The notes under the pieces were generated by a model that saw nothing but the letters and a program-made list of their open reading frames with translations, had not been told where the DNA came from and made no database searches. Below, piece by piece: positions 29,082 through 38,258 of a DNA stretch of 64,000 nt. The DNA comes from Candidatus Korobacteraceae bacterium (GTDB lineage Bacteria > Acidobacteriota > Terriglobia > Terriglobales > Acidobacteriaceae). The stretch covers positions 84,502 to 148,501 of the forward strand of contig JBEKOO010000002.1 in the NCBI GenBank assembly GCA_049521655.1, read 5' to 3'. The stretch's first letter is position 1; every line of letters starts with the position of its first letter. The position numbers were made by a program, and so were the translations under genes.

Positions 29082-30575
29082 TTAAGTAATTGTAGTCTTC
29101 TTGTTGCTACGATCCTGCCGCTCCATCAACTTCATTTTATTGAGCAGCGCCTTGTAACTCACCTTCAAAATCTTAGCCGCCTGTCGACGGTTCCAGCGCG
29201 TCTCGGTGAGCACTCGCTCAATCGCCACGCGTTCAGCCTCCATGGCAGCGCGCCGACCGATTTCCAGAAGCGAGAGCGAAGCCGATTCAGGTGAGGCTGG
29301 ACGAGCGCCCGGCAGAGTTGAATCTGCTGAGGAGATGCCGGAGGTGCTGTTTTCTTGTGGCTCCAAAACAATGCTGGCACTGCCAATGATGGACGAATTC
29401 GGCGGCTTATGGGAGGAGAGTTCACGAATGATCTGCGGTTCATTGCCCACGATGACGTATCGCTTCACCAGGTTTTCCAACTCGCGAATGTTGCCTGGCC
29501 AGCTATACTCCAGCATGCGGCTCACCGCATAATCGGTAAACGGAGGAGGCTGCTTTCCATAGTACTCGCTGTATTTGCGCAGCATAAAATCTAGGAAGAT
29601 GGGAATTTCTTCCTTGCGCTCGCGCAGCGGCGGAATGTGAATGGTCACAACGTTCAGCCGGTAGAACAGGTCTTCGCGGAATGTGCCTTCCTCCACCGCG
29701 CGCTCTAAGTGCTTGTTGGTGGCCGCCAGGACTCGGACATCGACCGCGATATCGCGCTTTCCGCCAAGGCGGGAGAATTCTCCATCCTGCAGAACGTGCA
29801 GGAGTTTTGCCTGCAGCGCCGGATGCATCTCGCTGATTTCATCGAGGAAGATCGTTCCCCCGTGGGCGAGGTCAAATTTGCCCAGCTTCTGCCGGTTCGC
29901 TCCGGTAAATGCGCCCGGTTCATAGCCGAACAGTTCGCTCTCCAGCAGTTCATGGGGAATGGCTGCACAGTTTACCTTGACAAATGGTTTCTCGCGCCGT
30001 GACGAATGGGAGAACACCATGCGCGCCACTACTTCCTTGCCGGTGCCGCTCTCTCCCCGGACGAGCACCGTGACATTGGTGTCTGCCACCTGCTCGATGG
30101 TGTTCTTTACGTCCTCCATTTTTGGGCTGGTGCCGAACAACATGCTGAAGTCGTTTTGCCGCCGCATCTGGTCGCGTAGCTGCGTTACCTCGCTGGTCAG
30201 CCGCTGTCCGTCCAACAGGCGGGTCATCCGCTGGTCCAGGGCAGTCAAGTCAAGCGGTTTGGCGATGAAGTCATCGGCTCCCAGCTTGGAGGCGCGAAAG
30301 ACCAGCTCGGGTGCGCCGCTGCTGGCGGTCATGATCACCGAGACCTCTGGCTTCATCTGCTTCAGCCTCTCCAGCGTTTCCATCCCGTCCATGCCCCGCG
30401 CATCCGCATCCAGCAGCACCAGGGCGGGATCAAAGACCCGGAACATCCGAATCGCTTCATCCCCGGTTGAAGCCAAACTTACGTCATAGCCGCGTCGGGT
30501 CAAGTGCGTGCTCAGGAAGCTCGATTGGGCGCGATCATCCTCCACAATCAATACCCTCGTCCTGCCAGTCTGCAT
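29082..30575 (-). CDS. Sigma-54-dependent response regulator (NtrC family enhancer-binding protein)
   Basis: REC domain (VLIVEDD…LLDADARGMDG), AAA+ domain (GESGTGKE, GAFTGA, RxDLFYRL) and a Fis-type HTH (RWNRRQAAKILKVSYKALLNKMK). Start moved to MQTGRTRVLIVEDD at 30575. The ORF track extends to 30887. Confidence 0.85.
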   Translation of the reverse strand: MQTGRTRVLIVEDDRAQSSFLSTHLTRRGYDVSLASTGDEAIRMFRVFDPALVLLDADARGMDGMETLERLKQMKPEVSVIMTASSGAPELVFRASKLGADDFIAKPLDLTALDQRMTRLLDGQRLTSEVTQLRDQMRRQNDFSMLFGTSPKMEDVKNTIEQVADTNVTVLVRGESGTGKEVVARMVFSHSSRREKPFVKVNCAAIPHELLESELFGYEPGAFTGANRQKLGKFDLAHGGTIFLDEISEMHPALQAKLLHVLQDGEFSRLGGKRDIAVDVRVLAATNKHLERAVEEGTFREDLFYRLNVVTIHIPPLRERKEEIPIFLDFMLRKYSEYYGKQPPPFTDYAVSRMLEYSWPGNIRELENLVKRYVIVGNEPQIIRELSSHKPPNSSIIGSASIVLEPQENSTSGISSADSTLPGARPASPESASLSLLEIGRRAAMEAERVAIERVLTETRWNRRQAAKILKVSYKALLNKMKLMERQDRSNKKTTIT

Positions 30576-31165
30576 GATGGCGCCCTTATCGGAGTTCAGT
30601 TTCACATTTTTCCCCGGCCCAAAAGAATCCCGGACAATCAGATTTGCAACGCTTATGAGGACTGCCGAACTCGGCGCTCCGAAATACACGCTCTTTCTAA
30701 AGAGCGGGCGAGAAGGAAAACAGTTGCCTGCAGAGTTGCTGCGATCGATGCTTTTTCTAGGTCCCTTACGCCATGAAAGTGGTGTACCTATGCAAACATC
30801 ACCTGGAGTATGGTAGCGTGAATTCCTAGAGTTAGCACAATTATATACACGATATGTACATAGATTCCACTTTTGCCAGCTCTGCATCTACCCATGGATG
30901 CCCCGCCAGAATGGCGTTAGCGGTAACACGACCGGAAGGCTATTGCTCTCTCATCCCGCAGGAACGGCTTTGGCAAACGCCAGATGACGCTTCGTGACCT
31001 CGGTGCGAGAGACGCGCCGGAGGGCAAGAACGGGGTGGAAACCGCACAGAAACTTATGCTACCAGTTGCGCTATTCAGTCTGGCGAGCCTAAGCTGGGCA
31101 GAATCACATGGCTGCAGGACGTCGTGAGCATTCCTGTCTGACTTCGGGAACGTAAGGAGTTAAAG

Positions 31166-32368
31166 ATGCTCGAGGCAACCTCGGAAAACACACTGGGCCT
31201 GGTGATGACAGGCGGGGGTGCCCGCGGCGCATATCAAGCGGGTGTCCTTAAGCGCATCGGCGAGATAAAACGGGTTCGGGCACGCGGCAATCCCTTTCCT
31301 ATCATCGGAGCTGCTTCGGCTGGAGCAATCAATGGTGTCGCCCTGGCCGCCGGGAGCAACAATTTCTCGTTGACAACCGCAATACTCGCGCGGCTTTGGT
31401 CGAATCTCCGGCCTTCGGATATTTTTCGCTGCGATGTTTTTTCCCAGGCCGCCAACTCCGTCGCCTGGATTCTGGATCTTTCTTTTGGGGCCATTCTTGG
31501 AGGAGGCAGTGCACATTCACTGCTCGATGCGAAACCATTACGCCGCTTCCTGAATCGTCATCTGCACTGCGAGCAGATAGAAGTCAACATTAAGCAAGGG
31601 CACCTTTACGCGCTCGCGATTTCTGCGACGAACTATACCTCGGGGAAATCCTACATCTTCATTCAAGGCAAAAAAGGTCACCCGATGTGGAGCAGAAGCC
31701 GGCGAGTGACTCTGGCAATGCCGATTACCGTTGACCACGTGTGTGCATCCGCTGCGATTCCGCTGGTCTTTCAGCCAATACGGCTTAAGACTTCGGAAGG
31801 GACGGCTTTCTATGGCGACGGTTGCGTGCGACTTCAGCAACCGCTCAGCCCGGCTATCCGCTTAGGCGCAAATAAAATTGTGGCGATCGGTGTCAGATGT
31901 GAAAATCTTGAACATCAGGAGGATACTGGGGGGCGGGAATATCCTTCAATTGCGCAGGTCATAGGCGTTCTTTTGAATGCGATGTTCCTGGATCATCTGC
32001 CCACGGATGTCGAGCATCTGGAGCGGTTGAATCAACTGCTCACCGCTGGCGATATAAGTCAGTCCGGAATAGAAGGTTATGAAAGGATGCGCCCTCTCAG
32101 GTCGCTGATCATCACGCCGTCGGTCAATTTATCGGAACTGGCCAAACAACATGCCAAGGACATGCCTTATCTCATCCAATATTTCGTTAAGAGTTTAGGA
32201 CGAGACGTAGCTTCATGTTCGGACTTGATCAGTTACCTGCTGTTCACATCGCAATATACGAATGCTCTCATCGAGATTGGCTACAGTGACGCCAGCCAGC
32301 GCATCGAAGAAATTGAGCAGTTTCTCTATGCTTCCGATCAGGGAGCCCCGGCAGCGGCGGGAGCTTAG
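31166..32368 (+). CDS. Patatin-like phospholipase
   Basis: 400 aa. Oxyanion GGGARGAYQAGVL, nucleophile GASAGA (GxSxG), YGDGC (DG dyad). GGAG SD. Confidence 0.8.
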   Translation: MLEATSENTLGLVMTGGGARGAYQAGVLKRIGEIKRVRARGNPFPIIGAASAGAINGVALAAGSNNFSLTTAILARLWSNLRPSDIFRCDVFSQAANSVAWILDLSFGAILGGGSAHSLLDAKPLRRFLNRHLHCEQIEVNIKQGHLYALAISATNYTSGKSYIFIQGKKGHPMWSRSRRVTLAMPITVDHVCASAAIPLVFQPIRLKTSEGTAFYGDGCVRLQQPLSPAIRLGANKIVAIGVRCENLEHQEDTGGREYPSIAQVIGVLLNAMFLDHLPTDVEHLERLNQLLTAGDISQSGIEGYERMRPLRSLIITPSVNLSELAKQHAKDMPYLIQYFVKSLGRDVASCSDLISYLLFTSQYTNALIEIGYSDASQRIEEIEQFLYASDQGAPAAAGA

Positions 32369-32375
32369 CTCACAC

Positions 32376-32969
32376 CTAACGTCCGAAGTGCTTCGCCTCG
32401 TAGGCAGCGATTTGCGGCTCGTATTGCAATGTAATTCCGATGTCGTCCAGACCTTCCAGAAAGCAATGCCGGCGAAATGGGTCCACCGAGAAAGAGGCTT
32501 TGAACCCGGAATCATCCCGTACTTCGCACTTCTCAAGGTCAACCGTCAATTTGTAGCCTTTGACTTCCTTGGCCCGACTGAGCAACAAGTCAATCTTTTC
32601 CTGGTCGAGCGCAACCAGCAGGATTCCATTCTGCGCGCAATTGCCCGCAAAGATGTCGGCAAAATATGGTGCGATGACCGCGCGGAACCCGAAGTCGCCC
32701 AGCGCCCAGGCAGCGTGCTCACGCGAGGAACCGCAGCCAAAATTCTTGCCGCCGATCAGAATAGACGCTCCCGCGTAGCGCGGATCGTTCAAAACAAACT
32801 CCGGATTTGGCGATCCGTCGGGACGAAGCCGCCAGTCAAAAAACAGGTACTGGCCAAAGCCAGTGCGCTCGATCCGCTTCAGGAATTGCTTGGGAATGAT
32901 CTGGTCCGTATCGACGTTGACAAGATCCAGAGGTGCGGCGATGCCAGTATGTAAACGAAAGGGCTGCAT
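32376..32969 (-). CDS. leuD: 3-isopropylmalate dehydratase small subunit
   Basis: MQPFRLHTGIAAPLDLVNVDTDQIIPKQFL… Start moved to the ATG at 32969. Confidence 0.9.
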   Translation of the reverse strand: MQPFRLHTGIAAPLDLVNVDTDQIIPKQFLKRIERTGFGQYLFFDWRLRPDGSPNPEFVLNDPRYAGASILIGGKNFGCGSSREHAAWALGDFGFRAVIAPYFADIFAGNCAQNGILLVALDQEKIDLLLSRAKEVKGYKLTVDLEKCEVRDDSGFKASFSVDPFRRHCFLEGLDDIGITLQYEPQIAAYEAKHFGR

Positions 32970-33047
32970 GGTTTCCTCGTACAGGGCGTTACCCTGGAAT
33001 AGAATCAGCACTTGCCGACGAAAAGACAGTCGAGTTACTCAACGAGC

Positions 33048-34475
33048 TTAGTTTCCGCTCACCGTAGTGCCTTTGAACTCCCATTTCCTGATATCGGTGA
33101 AGTGACCCGCAATCGCAGCGGCTGCGGCCATGGCCGGGCTCACCAGATGGGTGCGGCCGCCGCGTCCCTGGCGACCTTCGAAATTGCGATTGCTGGTGGA
33201 AGCACAACGCTCGCCGGGGCTGAGTACGTCGGCATTCATCGCAAGACACATCGAACAGCCTGCCTCGCGCCATTCAAATCCGGCGTTGAGAAATATCTTA
33301 TCGAGCCCTTCGCGCTCCGCCATTCGCTTGATTTCCTGCGATCCCGGAACAACCAAAGCTCGCACATTGGGCGCCACATGGTATCCTTCTGCGACCCTTG
33401 CGGCTTCGCGAAGATCCTCAATGCGGGAATTTGTGCAGGAACCGATGAAGGCCACGTTGATCGTGATGTCCTCAATGGGAGTGCCTGGCTGCAGGCCCAT
33501 GTATTCCAATGCGCGCGCGATGGACTTGCCATCGGCCGCCGTTTTTGCCGTCGCGGGATCAGGAACGGAGCCGCTTACCGCCGTTACCATGCCGGGGTTT
33601 GTACCCCAGGTAACCTGTGGAGCAATTCTACTGGCATCGATCTCAACCACCTTGTCGAAAGCGGCATCGGCATCGCTGTTCAGGGTGCGCCAGTGTGCCA
33701 GTGCCTTGTCCCACTCCGCACCTTCGGGGGCAAAGCGACGCCCCTTCACATAGGCGAAGGTCGTTTCATCGGGTGCTACCATTCCGGTGCGCGCGCCTGC
33801 CTCGATGGTCAGGTTGCACAGCGTCATGCGACCATCCATGGACAAGCCTCGTACGGCTTCGCCCACATACTCGACCGCACAGCCGGTAGCGCCGCCACTG
33901 CCCATCTGTCCGACGAATGCCAGGGCAAGATCCTTTGCGCCTGTTCCTATCGGCAGTTGGCCATTGACGCGGACCTGCATCGAAAGTGGCTTGCGTTGCG
34001 GGAGGGTCTGAGTCGCCAGCACGTGTTCCACTTCTGACGTTCCAACGCCGATAGCCAGCGCACCAAAGGCACCATGGGTGCTGGTATGGCTGTCTCCGCA
34101 GATGATTGTCTTGCCCGGCTGCGTAGCTCCGGATTCCGGACCGATGACGTGGCAGATTCCCTGGTCTGGAGAATCGATATCGAAGAGTGTTATGCCGAAT
34201 TCCGCGCAGTTGTTGCGCAGTGTTTCAAGCTGTTTGGCCGCAACGGGGTCGGTGATGGGCCGATGGTTCAACGTGGTCGGCACGTTGTGATCCGCCGTCG
34301 CCAGCGTGCGCTCAGGTCTGCGCAACCGGCGGCCAGCCGCGCGCAGACTCTCGAACGCCTGCGGAGAGGTCACCTCATGCACGATATGCAGATCGATATA
34401 AAGGAGCGGCTGCTGCCCTTCAGGCTCGCAGACAACGTGTTCTTCCCAGAGCTTTTCAAACAGACTCTTGCCCAT
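33048..34475 (-). CDS. leuC: 3-isopropylmalate dehydratase large subunit
   Basis: 475 aa. [35 protein letters not shown]. Confidence 0.9.
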   Translation of the reverse strand: MGKSLFEKLWEEHVVCEPEGQQPLLYIDLHIVHEVTSPQAFESLRAAGRRLRRPERTLATADHNVPTTLNHRPITDPVAAKQLETLRNNCAEFGITLFDIDSPDQGICHVIGPESGATQPGKTIICGDSHTSTHGAFGALAIGVGTSEVEHVLATQTLPQRKPLSMQVRVNGQLPIGTGAKDLALAFVGQMGSGGATGCAVEYVGEAVRGLSMDGRMTLCNLTIEAGARTGMVAPDETTFAYVKGRRFAPEGAEWDKALAHWRTLNSDADAAFDKVVEIDASRIAPQVTWGTNPGMVTAVSGSVPDPATAKTAADGKSIARALEYMGLQPGTPIEDITINVAFIGSCTNSRIEDLREAARVAEGYHVAPNVRALVVPGSQEIKRMAEREGLDKIFLNAGFEWREAGCSMCLAMNADVLSPGERCASTSNRNFEGRQGRGGRTHLVSPAMAAAAAIAGHFTDIRKWEFKGTTVSGN

Positions 34476-34532
34476 AATCTCATCTTCCCTGAACGCCGTG
34501 CGTTATTGAATTCAGAACTACTCAGGTTGAAC

Positions 34533-35630
34533 CTATACGCCTGCCGGACACGTACTACCTGTGCTGATTGCTTCCAGCACAAGTCTGCCCATCTCTTCCG
34601 TGCCTGTCAATCGCTCGCTCGACCCACGCTTCAGGTCTGCTGTTCTATATCCAGCTCCTAGCACTTGCGTGATGGCCTGTTCGATGGCTCGCGCTTCCTT
34701 CTCGCGCTGCATGCTATGGCGAAGCAACATGGCCGCAGTCGCAATTGCTCCCAGAGGATTGGCGATTCCTTTGCCTGCAATGTCTGGAGCGGAGCCGTGA
34801 ATGGGCTCATACAAATTGACCTTGCCGCCTACCGTCGCCGAGGGCAACATGCCGAGCGAGCCGGTCAAAGCGGCAGCCTCATCGGAAAGAATGTCACCGA
34901 AGAGGTTCTCCGCCAGCACGACGTCGAAGCTGTTGGGCGCGGTTACAAGGCGCATGGCGCAGGAGTCGACGAGCTGGTGTTCGAGCTTTACGTCGGGATA
35001 CTGCTTGGAGACTTCGACTACGACCTGGCGCCATAGCTGCGAAACTTCAAGTACATTGGCCTTGTCGACCGAGGTCACCTTCTTGCGGCGATCCCGCGCC
35101 ACTTTGAAGGCGACGTGCGCCACGCGTTCAACCTCCGACGCCGAATAAATCATCGTATTGAAGCCGGTGCGTGAAGCGCCTTCGCCGGCAAATCCGCGGG
35201 GCTGGCCAAAGTATGCCCCACCCAGCAATTCGCGTACGAACAAAATATCAGAGCCCTTGAGCACCTCGGGCCGCAGCGGCGAACACTCGGTCAGCATCTC
35301 GTATGCAATCGCCGGCCGGAGATTCGCAAAACCTCCAAGGGCTTTCCGTATGCCCAGCAGTCCCGTTTCCGGCTTCAGCGCGGGCGGCAGTGAGTCAAAA
35401 TCCGGTCCACCGACTGCGCCCAGCAGCACGGCGTTGGAAGCAAGACACCTTTCCAGTGTCCTCTCCGGCAGCGGTGAGCCGAATTGCTTGACGGCATTTC
35501 CGCCGATGGGAAGCTCCTCGAACTTAAGCTCGAATCGGCCGTCACTTACGGCGCGCAAAACTCGCACCGCCTCACGCGTAACTTCGGGACCAATGCCGTC
35601 ACCAGGCAGCACTGCAATTGTGAATGTCAT
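34533..35630 (-). CDS. leuB: 3-isopropylmalate dehydrogenase
   Basis: 365 aa. [39 protein letters not shown]. Confidence 0.9.
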   Translation of the reverse strand: MTFTIAVLPGDGIGPEVTREAVRVLRAVSDGRFELKFEELPIGGNAVKQFGSPLPERTLERCLASNAVLLGAVGGPDFDSLPPALKPETGLLGIRKALGGFANLRPAIAYEMLTECSPLRPEVLKGSDILFVRELLGGAYFGQPRGFAGEGASRTGFNTMIYSASEVERVAHVAFKVARDRRKKVTSVDKANVLEVSQLWRQVVVEVSKQYPDVKLEHQLVDSCAMRLVTAPNSFDVVLAENLFGDILSDEAAALTGSLGMLPSATVGGKVNLYEPIHGSAPDIAGKGIANPLGAIATAAMLLRHSMQREKEARAIEQAITQVLGAGYRTADLKRGSSERLTGTEEMGRLVLEAISTGSTCPAGV

Positions 35631-35704
35631 GATTCTCTCTTATAGCACATTTGGCTCAATCGCCAGAAGCAAGGTTTGCTCTGCAGTTTAGTGTTTGTGG
35701 GCGC

Positions 35705-37255
35705 CTATGTATGCGGGCCCCCTGCAACTTGACCCCATGTTTGTTCCCCGTTGTGGAGCTGCCGCCTGAGCTCCACATAATTGAGCATGCGTACGGCCGC
35801 ATTCATTGCCGCAACAAGCTGATCCGGAGCCACGGCGCGGGTTGTGAAAAGCCTCTCACCGCTCCGCCAGGTAATCGTTGCCTCAGTGAGCGCTCCGCTC
35901 GTCCCCTTGCGAGAGATCCCGATACGATAGTCCACCAGCTCAGGCATATCCTTCCAGACGGTGCGCAGCGCCCGAATGAATGCGTCAAACTGTCCGTCGC
36001 CCTCGCCTTGCGCCGTAAGAATCCGGTCATTGCAGCTCAGCTCAAGCATGACCCTTGGAGGAGCCCCTTTTTTCAAGGCAAATTCGTAGTTGACCAGCTT
36101 CACCCCGTTCTCCTCTGCCCCGAAGATCTCGTGCAGCAGGAGAATGATGTCGGCCTGTGTGACCGTGACCTTGTCGTCGCCCAGTTCTTTTACCTTGGCG
36201 AGCAGCATGCGCTGTTGTTCCGGACTGATCTCGATTCCAAGCTCCTTGCAGTTGTGCTCGATCGATGCGATTCCGGCAGTCTTGCCGAGATCGTAACTGC
36301 GCTTCAATCCAAAGCGTTTTGGATCGAGCCTGTTCTGATATAGCTTTCCCTTCTTGTCTCCATCGGCATGCACGCCGCAGCCTTGGATGGCACTGATTTG
36401 GCCGACAACCGGAGCGTTGGGGGCTGGAGCAATACCGCTGATTCCGGCCACAAGATCGCTGAGCATGGCAAGGGTTCGCTCTTTCACGTTGCTGTTCATG
36501 TCAAACAGATCACGGGCAGCCACGACAAAAGTCGCCAGGTTGGTGTTGCCCGCCCGCTCGCCGATTCCGTTCACCGTAACATGCACGCGCCCAGCTCCAG
36601 AGCGCAACGCGGCTATTGAATTCGCCACCGCAAGACCGTAATCGTTATGGCCGTGAAAATCGAACTGCATGTCGCTGCAATCGCGCATCATGCGCACATA
36701 GGTTTCGGTTTGCTCAGGGGTCAGGACGCCTAGCGTGTCGCACAGCATGACGCGTTTGACGGGCATCTTGGAGAGATCACCGGCAAGCGTCATCACGTAA
36801 GCCCTGGAATCGCGAATCCCTTGCGACCAGTCCTCCAGGTACACGTTCACGCTCAGATTCTTCCCGATCGCATATTCAACTGTGCGCTGTATGTCGCCGA
36901 GATGCTCTTCGACTGCCTTCCCTAGCTGCACCGAACAATGGTGTTCCGATCCCTTTACGAGCAGGTTCAGAACCCTTCCCCCGTGCTGCACCAGCCAATC
37001 CACCGACTTGGTTCCATCCACAAAGCCCAAGACTTCGACCTTTTCCGCAAGTCCATGGGCGCCCGCCCAATCGGTTATGTTTCGAACTGCTAGTGCCTCT
37101 CCATGAGATACTCCGGCCGATCCAACTTCGATAGCATCGACACCCGATTTGAGCAGAGCTTCAGCGATGACCAGTTTTTCATCAGCCGTATAGCTGATAC
37201 CCGGCGTTTGCTCCCCATCCCGGAGCGTCGTATCCATGACTTCGATATTTTGCAC
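35705..37255 (-). CDS. 2-isopropylmalate synthase / (R)-citramalate synthase family enzyme
   Basis: 516 aa. DTTLRDGEQ, HGHNDYGLAVAN, and a C-terminal LeuA-dimerisation-type regulatory domain. YLEDWS and the overall length recall CimA-type enzymes. GTG start. Confidence 0.85.
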   Translation of the reverse strand: MQNIEVMDTTLRDGEQTPGISYTADEKLVIAEALLKSGVDAIEVGSAGVSHGEALAVRNITDWAGAHGLAEKVEVLGFVDGTKSVDWLVQHGGRVLNLLVKGSEHHCSVQLGKAVEEHLGDIQRTVEYAIGKNLSVNVYLEDWSQGIRDSRAYVMTLAGDLSKMPVKRVMLCDTLGVLTPEQTETYVRMMRDCSDMQFDFHGHNDYGLAVANSIAALRSGAGRVHVTVNGIGERAGNTNLATFVVAARDLFDMNSNVKERTLAMLSDLVAGISGIAPAPNAPVVGQISAIQGCGVHADGDKKGKLYQNRLDPKRFGLKRSYDLGKTAGIASIEHNCKELGIEISPEQQRMLLAKVKELGDDKVTVTQADIILLLHEIFGAEENGVKLVNYEFALKKGAPPRVMLELSCNDRILTAQGEGDGQFDAFIRALRTVWKDMPELVDYRIGISRKGTSGALTEATITWRSGERLFTTRAVAPDQLVAAMNAAVRMLNYVELRRQLHNGEQTWGQVAGGPHT

Positions 37256-37390
37256 TCTGTTCCCCTGCTCACATTCCCAAAGGCACTAACCAATATTATG
37301 CAACAACGCATCTCCCAACTGAACAGAATTGACCGCCAAGTCAGGTTCTGCTCTTGGTCGTTGCCATTAGCCAGGTGATGCGTGCTGTCC

Positions 37391-37417
37391 AAAACTCCCA
37401 CACGGAAAGATGCGTGG
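37391..37417 (-). terminator. Intrinsic terminator candidate after lexA
   Basis: Minus strand CCACGC-AUCUUUCC-GUGUGG then GAGUUUU. It separates lexA from the leu operon. Confidence 0.4.
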
Positions 37418-37462
37418 TCGAGTGAAGGATGGAATTTCAGCGAAAGTTCTTCTTTGGCGTCC

Positions 37463-38089
37463 TCAATATTTTCGCAGTACGGCCACTACGCGTCCCTGCA
37501 CCCGCACTGCATCGGCAGGAACCATGATCGGTTGCATGGCGGCGTTCGAGGGTTGCAGGCGAATCCTCTCGCCGGCGTGGTAGAGGCGTTTCAGCGTGGT
37601 CTCTGAGCCGTTCACCAATGCCACCACGATTTCACCTTCGCGGGCGCTTTCGGTTTTCTCCACCAGTACGTAGTCACCGTTCATGATGTGTTCGTCCTGC
37701 ATGCTCTCGCCCACCACCTGGAGTACAAAGACGTCTTTGGCGCGGGTGAAATCGGTAAGCGAGATTGTTTCCGGAGTCTCCACCTGTTCAATCGGTTTGC
37801 CGGCGGCGATTCGTCCCACCAGCGGCAGGTCAAAGGAGCGGGTATCCGCCGCGCGGTCGCGCTCCGGAATTCGGTCGGGAAGCGGCAGTAAGTCAATCGA
37901 GCGGCTGCGGTTATAGTCGCGGCGCAGCATTTTTTTTGCTTCAAGGTTGTTAATGTGCTTATGTACGGTCGCAAGCGAACTAAGACCTAGCGCCGCGCCG
38001 ATCTCCTCAAAGGAGGGAGAGTAGCCGTTGCTCTGCACGAATTCAGCGATGAAGTCGTATATCTGCCGCTGCCGCCTTGTCAAAGCCAT
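37463..38089 (-). CDS. lexA: LexA repressor
   Basis: MALTRRQRQIYDFIAEFVQSNGYSPSFEEIG… wHTH; cleavage and peptidase region VGRIAAGKPI…GESM…VALV…TLKRL. Start moved to 38089. The ORF track extends to 38233. Confidence 0.85.
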   Translation of the reverse strand: MALTRRQRQIYDFIAEFVQSNGYSPSFEEIGAALGLSSLATVHKHINNLEAKKMLRRDYNRSRSIDLLPLPDRIPERDRAADTRSFDLPLVGRIAAGKPIEQVETPETISLTDFTRAKDVFVLQVVGESMQDEHIMNGDYVLVEKTESAREGEIVVALVNGSETTLKRLYHAGERIRLQPSNAAMQPIMVPADAVRVQGRVVAVLRKY

Positions 38090-38258
38090 GGCCGACCTTT
38101 CATCAACCCGTGAACTTCTCACCAGTTTGGCGAATAAAAAGCGAAGTGTCAACCTGCCTTTCTGGGGGTGGGCTCTGGGTCGATACTCATCGAGCGCATT
38201 TTCCCGGCCAGCCGCATGTGCGCCGCTCTGCATTGCGGCTTAGAATCGCTAAATAACC

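Noticed and set aside
30576-30887. N-terminal extensions in the ORF track: the activator to 30887, lexA to 38233, uvrA to 46869, tsaD to 53075, ugd to 13898, the secreted protein from 47849, and the OMP from 15193.
   Set aside because: The extensions are non-conserved-looking, often start at TTG or GTG, and overlap divergent genes (47849, 53075). They also precede the point where the family-typical N-terminus or signal peptide begins.
30960-31060. Possible riboswitch upstream of the patatin gene. The GGCAAAC…GACGC… strings are vaguely reminiscent of the c-di-GMP-I (GEMM) riboswitch.
   Set aside because: I could not assemble the GEMM P1/P2 architecture or the conserved GNRA-receptor pairing. 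The resemblance is limited to short strings.
37256-37390. Leucine leader peptide, attenuator or T-box upstream of the leu operon.
   Set aside because: There is no Leu-rich mini-ORF, no alternative terminator/antiterminator pair, and no T-box specifier or AGAGA-type motifs.
38090-38258. Canonical SOS boxes upstream of lexA (GTTC-N7-GTTC, CTGT-N8-ACAG, CGAAC-N4-GTTCG).
   Set aside because: There is no exact or one-mismatch match by eye. Only loose GAAC…GTTT and TCGAT…ATCGA repeats are present. The absence is reported as an open question, not as a feature.
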